Shown piece by piece: positions 52,794-62,942 of a DNA stretch of 64,000 nucleotides. The stretch comes from Solobacterium sp. (GTDB lineage Bacteria; Bacillota_I; Bacilli_A; Erysipelotrichales; Erysipelotrichaceae): NCBI GenBank assembly GCA_017512555.1, contig JAFWFE010000001.1, forward strand, positions 22,238 to 86,237. Direction: 5' to 3'. Every line of letters begins with the position of its first letter. Within the stretch, counting starts at the first letter, position 1. Under the pieces are notes generated by a model. That model saw nothing but the letters and a program-made list of their open reading frames with translations. It was not told where the DNA came from and made no database searches. The position numbers were made by a program, and so were the translations under genes.

Positions 52794-53369
52794 ATGAATA
52801 AAGATCTTGTACACGTATTACAGAACGAAGCCATCAAAGCCGCAGGAAATGAAGATACCTGGAAGAACTATATCCGCTACCGGGAGGATGTCTATTACCC
52901 GTATGTGTCTGACAATATAGAGAATAATCTGATCTCGGAAGCGAACTGGATGATCCGCAGCCAGAACATATCTTCGGAGGATCTTGGGTTATATCTGACT
53001 GTTGGGGATATCTGTTTTATGGACTTCGGACAGGCATATCTCAACGAGATGGCATACCAGCACTTTGGTATCATCATGTCGATCTGCCGTAAGAAGGCTC
53101 TGGTGATTCCGATGACCAGCAATCCTGTGCAGTACGCGAATGCCTATGATGCCAAGGAGAATCCCAACGGTAAGATCCACCTGATGAGACTGGGAGATAT
53201 CAAGGGGCTGCGGTATCATTCCGTGTTGTTTCTCAATGACATGAAGTTTGTGAATACAGCCAGGGTAATTGAAGTGAAAGCGCACATTGATCAGGACAGT
53301 ACGTTGTTCCGCAAGATTCAGCAGAGAATGATGCAGGTAATGTTTTTGAGAGATGATATCGCATGGTAA
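52794..53369 (+). CDS. MazF/PemK-fold protein with an N-terminal extension of about 70 aa
   Basis: GDICFMDFGQAYLNEMAYQHFGIIMS...ALVIPMTSN and SVLFLNDMKFVNTARV align with the MazF blocks GDLIWVDFDPTKGSEQAGHRPAVVLS...VPCTT and GVALADQVKSIAWRAR. ATG 52794 follows GGAGGG downstream of the mscS terminator. Confidence 0.6.
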   Translation: MNKDLVHVLQNEAIKAAGNEDTWKNYIRYREDVYYPYVSDNIENNLISEANWMIRSQNISSEDLGLYLTVGDICFMDFGQAYLNEMAYQHFGIIMSICRKKALVIPMTSNPVQYANAYDAKENPNGKIHLMRLGDIKGLRYHSVLFLNDMKFVNTARVIEVKAHIDQDSTLFRKIQQRMMQVMFLRDDIAW

Positions 53370-53378
53370 GATATATCT

Positions 53379-54617
53379 ATGCTTGAGAAATACAGGGAAG
53401 GGAAATGGCTGACGGCGGTATCCGGGGGACCGGACTCCATGGCTTTACTGTACCTGTGTGAAAAAGAAGGCATCACTTTTTCGGCTGCCCATGTGAACTA
53501 TCATCACCGTCCGGAAGCGGAGGAAGAGGAAGCCTATGTACGCGCATACTGCGCAGAACACGGAATAGAACTATTCGTACGTAACGAATCCTTTGAATAC
53601 AGCGGGAATTTTGAGGCATCCGCAAGAGACTGGAGATATACCTGGTTTGCGCAGATTGCGGAGAAATACGGCTTTTCCGGTGTGCTTACGGCGCATCATC
53701 AGGACGACCTGATCGAGACGTATGTGATGCAGAAAGAGAAGGATCTTACGCCGGAATACTATGGCATACAGGAACAGATCTGTTACAAAGATCTGCGGAT
53801 CTGCCGCCCGTTATTATCCCTGACCAAAGCGGATCTGATCCGGTGCTGTGAATCTGCCGGAATCCGCTATTATACAGATAAAACCAACCGGGATGTCTCC
53901 TATACCCGGAACCGGATCCGGCATGAGGTCATCGATGGCCTGACTGTTCCGCAAAGACAAGAAATCCTGGCAGAGATCAGCCGGAAGAACCATGAACTCC
54001 AAAAGATCCGCACAGACGCAGACCATCTCATAGACCACGGAAGGGTAAATCTTAAGAATTACCGCGCATGTGAAGAAGAGGTACGTTTACAGATCCTGCG
54101 CACTCTGGCAGATACAGAGATTCACCGTTCCAAGGCACAGTACAGGGAGATCGACAGTCAGATCATGAACAAAGATGACTTTCTGATTCCCCTGGATGAA
54201 CGTTATTTTTGCCAGGACAGGGGACGATTCTTTCTGGAGATTCCCGGACAAGCATACGAATACATCTATAATTCACCGGAAGAACTGCATGGCAGGCAGA
54301 AATACTTTCGTATTGAACAGGGTACACCGGGAGTGAACGCCGTAACCCTGAGTGAAGATGACTATCCAGTAACGATCCGCAGTTATCTCCCGGGAGATAT
54401 GATCCGTATGCGTTTCGGGACAAAGAAGGTCCACAGGTTCTTTATCGACCGTCATATTCCTCTATACCAGAGATCTCTCTGGCCGGTGATGGTAAACCGG
54501 AAGGGAGAAGTGATTCTGGTCTCTGGCCTGGGTTGTGACATCAAACACTACTCTATTCTGCCGACGGTAACTGTGATACAATATCTTAATAGCGACGGAG
54601 GTATACCGCATGTTTGA
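53379..54617 (+). CDS. tilS: tRNA(Ile)-lysidine synthase
   Basis: SGGPDS PP-loop with full-length colinearity. Confidence 0.9.
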   Translation: MLEKYREGKWLTAVSGGPDSMALLYLCEKEGITFSAAHVNYHHRPEAEEEEAYVRAYCAEHGIELFVRNESFEYSGNFEASARDWRYTWFAQIAEKYGFSGVLTAHHQDDLIETYVMQKEKDLTPEYYGIQEQICYKDLRICRPLLSLTKADLIRCCESAGIRYYTDKTNRDVSYTRNRIRHEVIDGLTVPQRQEILAEISRKNHELQKIRTDADHLIDHGRVNLKNYRACEEEVRLQILRTLADTEIHRSKAQYREIDSQIMNKDDFLIPLDERYFCQDRGRFFLEIPGQAYEYIYNSPEELHGRQKYFRIEQGTPGVNAVTLSEDDYPVTIRSYLPGDMIRMRFGTKKVHRFFIDRHIPLYQRSLWPVMVNRKGEVILVSGLGCDIKHYSILPTVTVIQYLNSDGGIPHV

Positions 54618-55146
54618 AAAGGATATCAAGAAAGTACTTTTTACTGAAGAAGAAATCAGTGCACGCTGTAAGGAACTGGGCAGACAGATCACCGAAGATT
54701 ACGCGGGGAAGAATGTATTGCTGGTAGCTTTGCTCAGAGGTTCTGTACCTTTTCTTGCGGAACTGATCAAATATATCGATCTGGATATCGAGTATGACTT
54801 CATGGATGTCACAAGTTATGAAGGTACAGAATCTACCGGAGATATCCGTATTCTGAAAGACCTGGATGATTCCGTACAGGGTCTGGATCTTCTTGTGGTA
54901 GAAGATATTGTCGATACCGGCAGAACCCTGAAGACAGTCATCAAGACATTGCTGAACAAGGGAGCTAACTCTGTAAAGATCGTAACACTGCTGGAAAAAC
55001 CCAGTCGTCATGTTGAAGATATTGATCCGGAGTATGTCGGATTTATTGTTGATAACGAATTTGTGGTCGGCTATGGTATGGACTTTAACCAGAGATACCG
55101 CTGTCTGCCTTATGTGGCAGTATTGAAGGATGAAGTATACCAGTAG
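54610..55146 (+). CDS. hpt: Hypoxanthine phosphoribosyltransferase
   Basis: LLVVEDIVDTGRTL PRPP motif in the tilS-hpt-ftsH synteny. Confidence 0.95.
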   Translation: MFEKDIKKVLFTEEEISARCKELGRQITEDYAGKNVLLVALLRGSVPFLAELIKYIDLDIEYDFMDVTSYEGTESTGDIRILKDLDDSVQGLDLLVVEDIVDTGRTLKTVIKTLLNKGANSVKIVTLLEKPSRHVEDIDPEYVGFIVDNEFVVGYGMDFNQRYRCLPYVAVLKDEVYQ

Positions 55147-55164
55147 TACCCGAAGGAGGGAAAG

Positions 55165-57090
55165 ATGCAAAACAGGAAATTTATTAACTACCTTCCCTAC
55201 CTGATCGTCATCGCATCGATCATCAGTCTTCTGGCTTTAAACAACGGCTCTACAACAGAAAATCTGAATTATAACGAATTCTATGATCTTGTAGAGAAAG
55301 AACGTGTCAATGAGTCGGTACTGTCGATCGGTTATAACGTGATTGAGGTCAGGGCGTCATATGGTGAAGAAAACGAACGAAAAGTGATCACCGCCAATGT
55401 GCCGAATACAACCAATGAGATTGAACGGCTGATTGGTATTCTGGATAATTCCGAAGTAAGAATTGTCGACGCGAATGCCAGTAATGCCTTCCTCGATACG
55501 TTGTATTCCATGATCCCGCTGGTTTTCGTAGTGTTATTCGGCTTGTGGATGGTGAACCGGATGAATGGTTCCGGAAGTGCCAATGCCAAAGCCTTTGAAT
55601 TCGGTAAATCCCGTGCCCGTCTGGAAGAATCCTCACGGACAAGATTTACGGATGTGGCCGGATGTGATGAAGAAAAACAGGAGATGGCTGAGATCATCGA
55701 TTATCTGAAGTATCCGAAGAGATTCCAGCAGATGGGTGCCCGTATCCCTAAGGGTGTGCTTCTGGTTGGTCATCCCGGTACCGGTAAGACATTGCTTGCC
55801 AAGGCAGTTGCCGGTGAAGCTAATGTGCCGTTCTACAGTATTTCCGGTTCGGATTTCGTGGAAATGTTCGTTGGTGTAGGTGCCAGCCGTGTACGTGATA
55901 TGTTCAAGGAAGCCAAGCGTACAGCACCGTGTATTATCTTTATCGATGAAATCGACGCGGTAGGTCGTCAGAGAGGCGCAGGCTTCGGCGGCGGACATGA
56001 CGAACGTGAACAGACATTGAACCAGCTCCTGGTAGAGATGGACGGTATGGAAGAGAATACCGGTATCGTTGTGATTGCGGCAACCAACCGTCCGGACGTA
56101 CTGGACCCTGCATTATTACGTGCAGGCAGATTCGACCGTCAGATCACGGTATCTCTGCCGGACCGCAACGGCCGTAAGGCAATCCTGGAAGTTCATGCCC
56201 GGAATAAGCATCTTGCGCCGGATGTCGATCTGGATGCGCTGGCAAAGCGTACACCGGGATTCAGCGGTGCTGACCTGGAGAATGTCCTGAATGAGGCAGC
56301 AATCTTAGCCGTGCGTGAAAAGCGTGATACGATCGGTATGAGCCAGATCGATGAAGCAATCGACAGAGTCATGATGGGACCGGCCAAGACAAGCCGCACC
56401 TATGATGAAAAGACCAAGAAGCTGGTAGCGTACCACGAATCCGGTCATGCGATCATCGGATTGTTCCTGCAGGATGCGGCAGTTGTACAGAAAGTTACCA
56501 TCATCCCTCGTGGTCAGGCAGGCGGTTATAACCTGATGACACCGAAAGACGAGAAGATGCTGAATACGAAGAACGACCTGCTGGCGACGATTACTTCCTA
56601 CATGGGAGGCCGTACGGCAGAAGAAATGTTCTTCGACGATGTTACTACCGGTGCGGTCAACGATATTGAAGTTGCCACAAATCTGGCCAAGGATATGGTT
56701 ACCTTATACGGTATGAGTGATCTCGGACCGATCAAGTACAACTCCGGGAACGAGAATGTATTCCTCGGACGGGATTATAATTCACCGAATAATGTTTCCG
56801 GCCAGGTTGCGTTTGAGATTGACCAGGAAGTCCGGAAGATCATTGATGAATGTCATGAAAGAGCTCGGCAGATCATCTCTGAACATCGTGAGGAACTGAT
56901 TCGTATTGCGACAGCTCTGACCGAATACGAAACCCTGACATCCGAACAGATCGACATTGTGATCAAGGGCGGATCTCTGGAAGAGAAGAAGGAATCTGAA
57001 CCGGCGCCTGCAGAAACTACACAGGCTCCTGAGACTCCCGCAGCACCGGAAGTAACCGATACTCCGGCAGCGGAAGAAGATAAACAATAA
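55165..57090 (+). CDS. ftsH: ATP-dependent zinc metalloprotease FtsH
   Basis: GHPGTGKT Walker A, SRH region, HESGHA zinc motif, and an acidic Pro/Ala/Thr-rich C-terminal tail. Confidence 0.95.
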   Translation: MQNRKFINYLPYLIVIASIISLLALNNGSTTENLNYNEFYDLVEKERVNESVLSIGYNVIEVRASYGEENERKVITANVPNTTNEIERLIGILDNSEVRIVDANASNAFLDTLYSMIPLVFVVLFGLWMVNRMNGSGSANAKAFEFGKSRARLEESSRTRFTDVAGCDEEKQEMAEIIDYLKYPKRFQQMGARIPKGVLLVGHPGTGKTLLAKAVAGEANVPFYSISGSDFVEMFVGVGASRVRDMFKEAKRTAPCIIFIDEIDAVGRQRGAGFGGGHDEREQTLNQLLVEMDGMEENTGIVVIAATNRPDVLDPALLRAGRFDRQITVSLPDRNGRKAILEVHARNKHLAPDVDLDALAKRTPGFSGADLENVLNEAAILAVREKRDTIGMSQIDEAIDRVMMGPAKTSRTYDEKTKKLVAYHESGHAIIGLFLQDAAVVQKVTIIPRGQAGGYNLMTPKDEKMLNTKNDLLATITSYMGGRTAEEMFFDDVTTGAVNDIEVATNLAKDMVTLYGMSDLGPIKYNSGNENVFLGRDYNSPNNVSGQVAFEIDQEVRKIIDECHERARQIISEHREELIRIATALTEYETLTSEQIDIVIKGGSLEEKKESEPAPAETTQAPETPAAPEVTDTPAAEEDKQ

Positions 57091-57094
57091 CCGG

Positions 57095-57121
57095 ATCAGG
57101 TGGCCGTCATGGCCACCTGAT
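57095..57121 (+). terminator. Strong 11-bp hairpin after ftsH (no clear U-tract)
   Basis: ATCAGGTGGCC-gtcat-GGCCACCTGAT. Confidence 0.5.
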
Positions 57122-57140
57122 TCACTCAGAGGAGGGCAGT

Positions 57141-58508
57141 ATGTCTTTACGCGGTAAAACAGCCAGAAAAGATGTAGATATGACTACAGGTGATATTTCA
57201 CGTCACCTGATCATGTTCGCTCTTCCGTTGCTATTCGGCAATCTATTTCAGCAGCTCTACAACATGGTGGATACCTGGGTGGTGGGCAATTATGTAAGCA
57301 ATGAAGCGTTTTCCGCGGTAGGTACCGTCGGCCCGATCATCAATATGCTGGTAGGATTCTTCATGGGATTAGCCAGCGGTGCCGGCGTCATCATTTCGCA
57401 GTACTACGGAGCCAGACAATACAACAGAGTCCATGATGTCGTGCATACCTCGATCGTCATGACCCTGGTGATGGTCATCTTCACCAGTATCATGGGTATA
57501 TTCCTGACACCGTATCTTTTACGTATGATGAATACACCTCCGGAAGTATTCCCGGAATCCATGAAGTACCTGCGGATTATCTTCTCCGGGATTGCCGGAC
57601 TGATGTTCTACAATATGGGTTCTGCAATATTACGGGCAATCGGGGATTCCAAGCGTCCGTTCTACTTCCTGATGTGCGCAGCTTTGCTGAATATCGTATT
57701 AGACCTGTTGTTTATCATTAAGTTCCATATGGGTGTAGAGGGTGTTGCCTACGCGACGATCATCTCCATGATTACTTCTGCAATCCTGACGATCATCGTA
57801 TTGCTAAGAACGGATACCTGTGTAAAACTGACACCGAAAGATCTGAAGATTGATATGGGGATCCTGAAAAAGATCATCTTCATTGGTATCCCGGCAGCTT
57901 TGCAGATGGCAATCACCTCATTCTCCAATATCTTTGTCCAGGGATATATCAACCACTTCGGTGCGGATACCATGTCCGGGTGGACTGCATATTCCAAGAT
58001 CGATATGCTGATGTTCATGCCGATGCAGTCTCTGGCTCTTGCCGTTACGACCTTTGTCGGACAGAATCTCGGTGTCGGGGATGTGGAACGTGCCAAGAAG
58101 GGTGTATCCATCAGTATGCGTCTTGCCTTGACTGTAACGATCATCAGTATGTTCCCGGTTATCATCTTTGCGCCGAACATGGTTGCTTTCTTTAACAGTA
58201 AGTCAGAAGTTATTTACTACGGAACGTTGTTCCTGCGCTGGATCACGCCGTTCTACCTGCTGTCCTGCGCCAATCAGATCTATTCTTCAGCACTCCGCGG
58301 TGCCGGCAACACCAAGGCTCCGATGGTGATCATGCTGCTGAGTTTTGTGGCTTTCCGTCAGGTCTATTTGTTTGTCATGGCGAATTTCATCGCCAACGAG
58401 ATTCTGCCGATTGCCATGGGTTATCCTGCCGGATGGCTGTTGTGCAGTCTGCTGACTTACACGTATTATAAGAAATCCGACTTGTCACGTACTTCGGTGA
58501 TGAATTAG
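57141..58508 (+). CDS. MATE-family efflux transporter
   Basis: 12-TM protein with the typical MATE N-terminus (ISRHLIMFALPLLFGNLFQQLYNMVDTWVVG). Confidence 0.9.
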   Translation: MSLRGKTARKDVDMTTGDISRHLIMFALPLLFGNLFQQLYNMVDTWVVGNYVSNEAFSAVGTVGPIINMLVGFFMGLASGAGVIISQYYGARQYNRVHDVVHTSIVMTLVMVIFTSIMGIFLTPYLLRMMNTPPEVFPESMKYLRIIFSGIAGLMFYNMGSAILRAIGDSKRPFYFLMCAALLNIVLDLLFIIKFHMGVEGVAYATIISMITSAILTIIVLLRTDTCVKLTPKDLKIDMGILKKIIFIGIPAALQMAITSFSNIFVQGYINHFGADTMSGWTAYSKIDMLMFMPMQSLALAVTTFVGQNLGVGDVERAKKGVSISMRLALTVTIISMFPVIIFAPNMVAFFNSKSEVIYYGTLFLRWITPFYLLSCANQIYSSALRGAGNTKAPMVIMLLSFVAFRQVYLFVMANFIANEILPIAMGYPAGWLLCSLLTYTYYKKSDLSRTSVMN

Positions 58509-58518
58509 GAGAAGATTC

Positions 58519-58923
58519 ATGAACGATGAGAAATCCAGAGAAGGATTACGAACCATATCCAACATCTTTGTCGGCGCAGCGTCAGGTCTGCTTGCGGCTA
58601 TGCTGGTTCTTTTCCTGCTGTCTTCCTGGAGTTTTCACATTGAGATAAAAACAGTTCTGATTGGTCTGATCTTTGCGGTATTTCTTCCTTGTTGTCTGGA
58701 TGTATTCGGACAGAGGGGATTGAATCTTTATATCGTAGAACTGGTTATGATCCTGGTTTCAGTCCTGGTCTGTCTGTTATACGCGCATCAGGTATCCGGG
58801 AATACAGAAACCCGGAATCTGTTGTTTGCGTTGTTTGGCATATTTCACGGGTTATCCGCAGTAGTTACCGTACTGCGTCTCAAGTATATGGAAAGCCGAG
58901 GTGGAAGAGATGGTGCTGCTTAG
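58519..58923 (+). CDS. Uncharacterised four-TM membrane protein
   Basis: 134-aa hydrophobic ORF. Confidence 0.5.
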   Translation: MNDEKSREGLRTISNIFVGAASGLLAAMLVLFLLSSWSFHIEIKTVLIGLIFAVFLPCCLDVFGQRGLNLYIVELVMILVSVLVCLLYAHQVSGNTETRNLLFALFGIFHGLSAVVTVLRLKYMESRGGRDGAA

Positions 58924-60643
58924 TCCCTGGGGAGAAAAACTGAATACAAAGTTACCCCTGAATGATTATCCGCGGATGCAGATGCAGAGAGGGAGTTTCC
59001 TGTGTCTGAACGGGGAGTGGGAATTCCAGATCAATAAAGGGAATATTCCGGACGGGAAAGCTTTCTGGGAGAAGATCATCGTACCTTTTGCGCTGGGCTC
59101 CAAACTCTCAGGAACGAAGAAACAACTCCGTCCCGGAGAAGTCTTGTGGTACCGCAGATACTTTGAATATACACCCGGTGAGAATCGTGTCATCCTCAAT
59201 TTTGAGGCTGTAGACCAGTGCTGTACGGTATACGTGAACGGGTTTGAGGTTGGTACGCACGAAGGCGGATATTCGCCGTTTTCCCTGGATATTACGGAAT
59301 ATGTAAAACCATACAATGAACTTGTTGTACGCTGTACAGACAACTCGGATGAGGGTATCTACGGGTATGGCAAACAACGGTTAAAACCGGAAGGAATCTG
59401 GTATACACCAAGTTCCGGAATCTGGCAGACAGTCTGGATCGAAGAACTGACTCCGCATGCTATCTATGACCTGAAGATCTTACCGGATTATGACAACAAG
59501 AAAGTATACCTGCAGATGACCGGCAGTTTCCGGCAGGCGATCATCAATGTCTTTGAAGATCGTAAACTGGTACACCGGGGAATTACTGCCCAGAAGAGTT
59601 ATACCATTACCCTGGATGAGATCCATCCTTGGTCACCGGATGATCCCTTCCTCTATGACTTGTATATTGAAACGGAAGATGACGCAGTACGCAGTTATTT
59701 CGGTATGCGTAAATTCAGTTACGGACCGGATGAACACGGGAAGCTGCGTTTCCGCCTGAATAATGAGCCTTTATTCCTGAGCGGACTTCTGGATCAGGGA
59801 TATACCGTAGATGGCTTACTGACTTATCCGAGTGATGAAGCCATGCGTTATGAACTGATGAAGATCAAGTCCATGGGCTTTAATATGCTGAGAAAGCACG
59901 TCAAGGTGGAATGCCGGCGCTGGTATTACCTCTGCGACAAACTGGGAATCCTGGTGATGCAGGATATGCCTAACGGCGGCGGTCCGTATGCCTTCCGGGA
60001 TATTGCCGTACTGCCTACAATTGGCTTCCGCAGATTCCGTGATGATAATCCGGAACGTTTCGGACGTAAGGATCCGGAAGGAAGAAAAGCCTACTACATG
60101 GAACTGGATGATATGATCAACAACCTGTATAACGCTGTCTGTGTCTTTGCCTGGGTGCCTTTCAATGAAGGGTGGGGACAATTTGACAGTGTCAAGGTTA
60201 CGGAACATATCCATGAGTTTGATCAAAGCAGGTTGATTGACAGTACGTCGGGATGGCATGATCAGGGTGCCGGAGACTTCAACAGCAGGCATGTCTACTT
60301 CCATCACTTCCATATGCCTAAGGCAGACCAGAGAGTATTACTGCTGAGTGAGTTCGGAGGGTATGCCTATCTTGAACACGGTCACAGTGAAGCTGACCAG
60401 TTATACGGATATAAGAAGTTTACGGATAAACTGAAACTGAATGATGCGGTAGAAGATTTATACCTGAAGGATATTCTCAGGAATATTCCCAAGGGACTGG
60501 CCGGGTGTATCTATACCCAGGTCGCAGATGTGGAAAACGAATGTAACGGTTTGTTTACAGCAGACCGCAGGATCCTGAAAATCGATGAACGCAGAATGCG
60601 CAGGATCAACGATAAACTGATACGAGGTAATAAACATGGATGA
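58910..60643 (+). CDS. Glycoside hydrolase family 2 protein (beta-galactosidase/glucuronidase-like)
   Basis: GH2 sugar-binding N-domain (EVLWYRRYF), TIM barrel with NEGWGQ acid/base region. ATG 58910 is 6 nt after GAGGTGG; the track start is GTG 58901. Confidence 0.8.
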   Translation: MVLLSPWGEKLNTKLPLNDYPRMQMQRGSFLCLNGEWEFQINKGNIPDGKAFWEKIIVPFALGSKLSGTKKQLRPGEVLWYRRYFEYTPGENRVILNFEAVDQCCTVYVNGFEVGTHEGGYSPFSLDITEYVKPYNELVVRCTDNSDEGIYGYGKQRLKPEGIWYTPSSGIWQTVWIEELTPHAIYDLKILPDYDNKKVYLQMTGSFRQAIINVFEDRKLVHRGITAQKSYTITLDEIHPWSPDDPFLYDLYIETEDDAVRSYFGMRKFSYGPDEHGKLRFRLNNEPLFLSGLLDQGYTVDGLLTYPSDEAMRYELMKIKSMGFNMLRKHVKVECRRWYYLCDKLGILVMQDMPNGGGPYAFRDIAVLPTIGFRRFRDDNPERFGRKDPEGRKAYYMELDDMINNLYNAVCVFAWVPFNEGWGQFDSVKVTEHIHEFDQSRLIDSTSGWHDQGAGDFNSRHVYFHHFHMPKADQRVLLLSEFGGYAYLEHGHSEADQLYGYKKFTDKLKLNDAVEDLYLKDILRNIPKGLAGCIYTQVADVENECNGLFTADRRILKIDERRMRRINDKLIRGNKHG

Positions 60644-61520
60644 GATCATCATAGCGGAAGCGATGCACGGACAGGTGCGTATACATGCGGCAGATACTAC
60701 ACAACTGGTGGAAGATGCCAGAATCGCGCACCAGATGTATCCGACATCCTGCGCAGCCCTGGGAAGACTCCTGACCGGAGCTGCCTTGTTAGCCAGTGAT
60801 CTGAAAAAAGAAGATGAGAAGATCGTTGCGGCAGTCAATGGTCACGGACCTGCAGGTACGCTGATTGCCCAGGCTAAGGGGAACGGAGATGTGCGTGGTC
60901 TGATCGGTGATCCCGCAATCTTTATCACAAATCCCGAGACAGGAAAACTGGATGTCGGGAAAGCTGTAGGTACGAACGGATATCTGACGATTACCCGGGA
61001 TATGGGTCTGAAAGATCCCTTTACCGGTACGGTAAAACTGGTCAGCGGAGAGATCGGAGATGATCTGGTCTACTATCTGGCGATGAGTGAACAGATCAGT
61101 TCCGCGGTATCTGTAGGTGTTCTGGTGAATATCGGTGATTATTCTGTAAAGGTTGCCGGAGGGCTGATTTTCCAGTTACTTCCCAATGTTCCGGAAGAAA
61201 CGATAGAAGCTGTAGAAAAGATCGTACAGGAGATGAAGCCGGTATCTGCTTATCTGGATCAGGGGATGGGTCCGGAGGACATCATCCATGAGCTGTTTGA
61301 TGATGCGGAGATCCTGGACAGAAGAAGTGTACGCTGGCACTGCGGATGCAGTTATGAGCACTACCGTGATGCCCTGGCGGTACTGAAGAAAGAAGATCTG
61401 CAGGAGATGATCGATGACGGTAAAGGCGCTGAGATCGTATGCCAGTACTGTCATTCTAAATATGTATTCACGACAGAGGATCTGAAGGAGATCCTGGAGA
61501 AACAGAGTGAAAATCGGTAA
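60636..61520 (+). CDS. hslO: Redox-regulated chaperone Hsp33
   Basis: C-terminal zinc-centre cysteines CGCS...CQYC, with Hsp33 colinearity. Confidence 0.9.
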   Translation: MDEIIIAEAMHGQVRIHAADTTQLVEDARIAHQMYPTSCAALGRLLTGAALLASDLKKEDEKIVAAVNGHGPAGTLIAQAKGNGDVRGLIGDPAIFITNPETGKLDVGKAVGTNGYLTITRDMGLKDPFTGTVKLVSGEIGDDLVYYLAMSEQISSAVSVGVLVNIGDYSVKVAGGLIFQLLPNVPEETIEAVEKIVQEMKPVSAYLDQGMGPEDIIHELFDDAEILDRRSVRWHCGCSYEHYRDALAVLKKEDLQEMIDDGKGAEIVCQYCHSKYVFTTEDLKEILEKQSENR

Positions 61521-62493
61521 TATCGAACTGGTTACACCGATTGCGGCAGCACCTCTGGCAGGCATATCCGATCCTGTTTACCGGGAAATGATGCATGCGT
61601 ACGGGGCAGGACTTGTCGTATCGGAGATGATCAGCGACAAGGCTCTGCACTACCGTAACCAGCAGACCATAGACATGTGCAGGGTTACCGAACACGAACA
61701 CCCTGTAGCTCTGCAGATCTTCGGCAGTGATCCGGAGACCATGGGCGAAGCCGCGGAATTTCTGACCGCAAATACTGCCTGTGATATCATCGATATCAAT
61801 ATGGGCTGCCCGGTAACCAAGGTGCTGAAGGCACATTCCGGCAGTTATCTCATGCAGTATCCGGAACTTGCTTCAGACATCGTCAAGGCAGTCGTGGAAC
61901 ATACGGATAAACCGGTAACGGTCAAGATCCGTGCCGGATGGGATCACCAGCACATCAACTGTGATACGTTTGCGAAGAAGATGGAAGATGCCGGGGTATC
62001 CGCCATTGCCATCCATGGCCGTACACGCAGCCAGATGTATGATGGAAACTCCGATAACACGTATATCCGTATGGTCAAGGAAAATGTAAGTGTACCAGTG
62101 TTCGGTAACGGAGATATACGCACTGTGGAAGATGCCCGCAGGATGTTTGAAGAAACCGGTTGTGACGGTATCATGATCGGCAGGGGATTGCTGGGAAGAC
62201 CTTTCTTCCTGAAGGAACTGAATGCCTGGCTTAACCATGAAGAGTATACGGAGCCTGCGGTACACGAAAGAATCAACCTGTGTCTCGGTCATGCCCGCAG
62301 ATTATGCGACTATGAAGGAGAATTCATGGGTATACGGAGAATGCGGGGACTTGCGCCGTGGTATATTGCCGGATTGCCGTATTCCGCGAGAATACGCCAT
62401 GAGATGACCATGATCACAAGTTATGAAGAACTGGTCTCTCTTCTGGAACAATTTGAACAGCGAATCAAAGAGGTTATGTATGAAGAAGTTTAG
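61507..62493 (+). CDS. dusB: tRNA-dihydrouridine synthase B
   Basis: MKIGNIELVTPIAAAPLAGISD..., DINMGCP, IHGRTR. GTG start. Confidence 0.9.
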   Translation: MKIGNIELVTPIAAAPLAGISDPVYREMMHAYGAGLVVSEMISDKALHYRNQQTIDMCRVTEHEHPVALQIFGSDPETMGEAAEFLTANTACDIIDINMGCPVTKVLKAHSGSYLMQYPELASDIVKAVVEHTDKPVTVKIRAGWDHQHINCDTFAKKMEDAGVSAIAIHGRTRSQMYDGNSDNTYIRMVKENVSVPVFGNGDIRTVEDARRMFEETGCDGIMIGRGLLGRPFFLKELNAWLNHEEYTEPAVHERINLCLGHARRLCDYEGEFMGIRRMRGLAPWYIAGLPYSARIRHEMTMITSYEELVSLLEQFEQRIKEVMYEEV

Positions 62494-62941
62494 AGTGGTT
62501 GTCTTATTCCTCTGTTTATTCCTGGCAGGATGCGGGGAAAAGAGTTATGTGATCGGTGAAACGATTGACCTGGATAAGATCAATAGTTTTATCTTTACCA
62601 GAACTTCTTTGAAGAGTGAGATGAACTATGACTTCCGGATCTATAAGACAGAAGAAGGGATGCAGATGATCGCGAATCATTACGACGAAGATAGAGGTTC
62701 TGTTAGTGATGCTCTATTCATCGAAGAGGAAAAATGGAACTCTCTGCTGGAATATATGTCCGGAAAGGAACAGAAAGCCGTGAAGCGTGGTGTATCCATG
62801 TTGGGTACACTGACAGATGATGCGGTGATTTCTCTGGAATTCGGCTGGGATGGCCTGAATTACGAGAAAGACTGGGAGATTGAACTGAGTGATGAAGAAT
62901 TCGGAAATCTTTGTGATTTCCTGCTTGCTTTTTTGAAATAG
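62480..62941 (+). CDS. Lipoprotein, uncharacterised
   Basis: MKKFRVVVLFLCLFLAGCG lipobox. ATG 62480 is 6 nt after AAAGAGG; the track's upstream extension overlaps dusB. Confidence 0.65.
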   Translation: MKKFRVVVLFLCLFLAGCGEKSYVIGETIDLDKINSFIFTRTSLKSEMNYDFRIYKTEEGMQMIANHYDEDRGSVSDALFIEEEKWNSLLEYMSGKEQKAVKRGVSMLGTLTDDAVISLEFGWDGLNYEKDWEIELSDEEFGNLCDFLLAFLK

Positions 62942-62942
62942 T

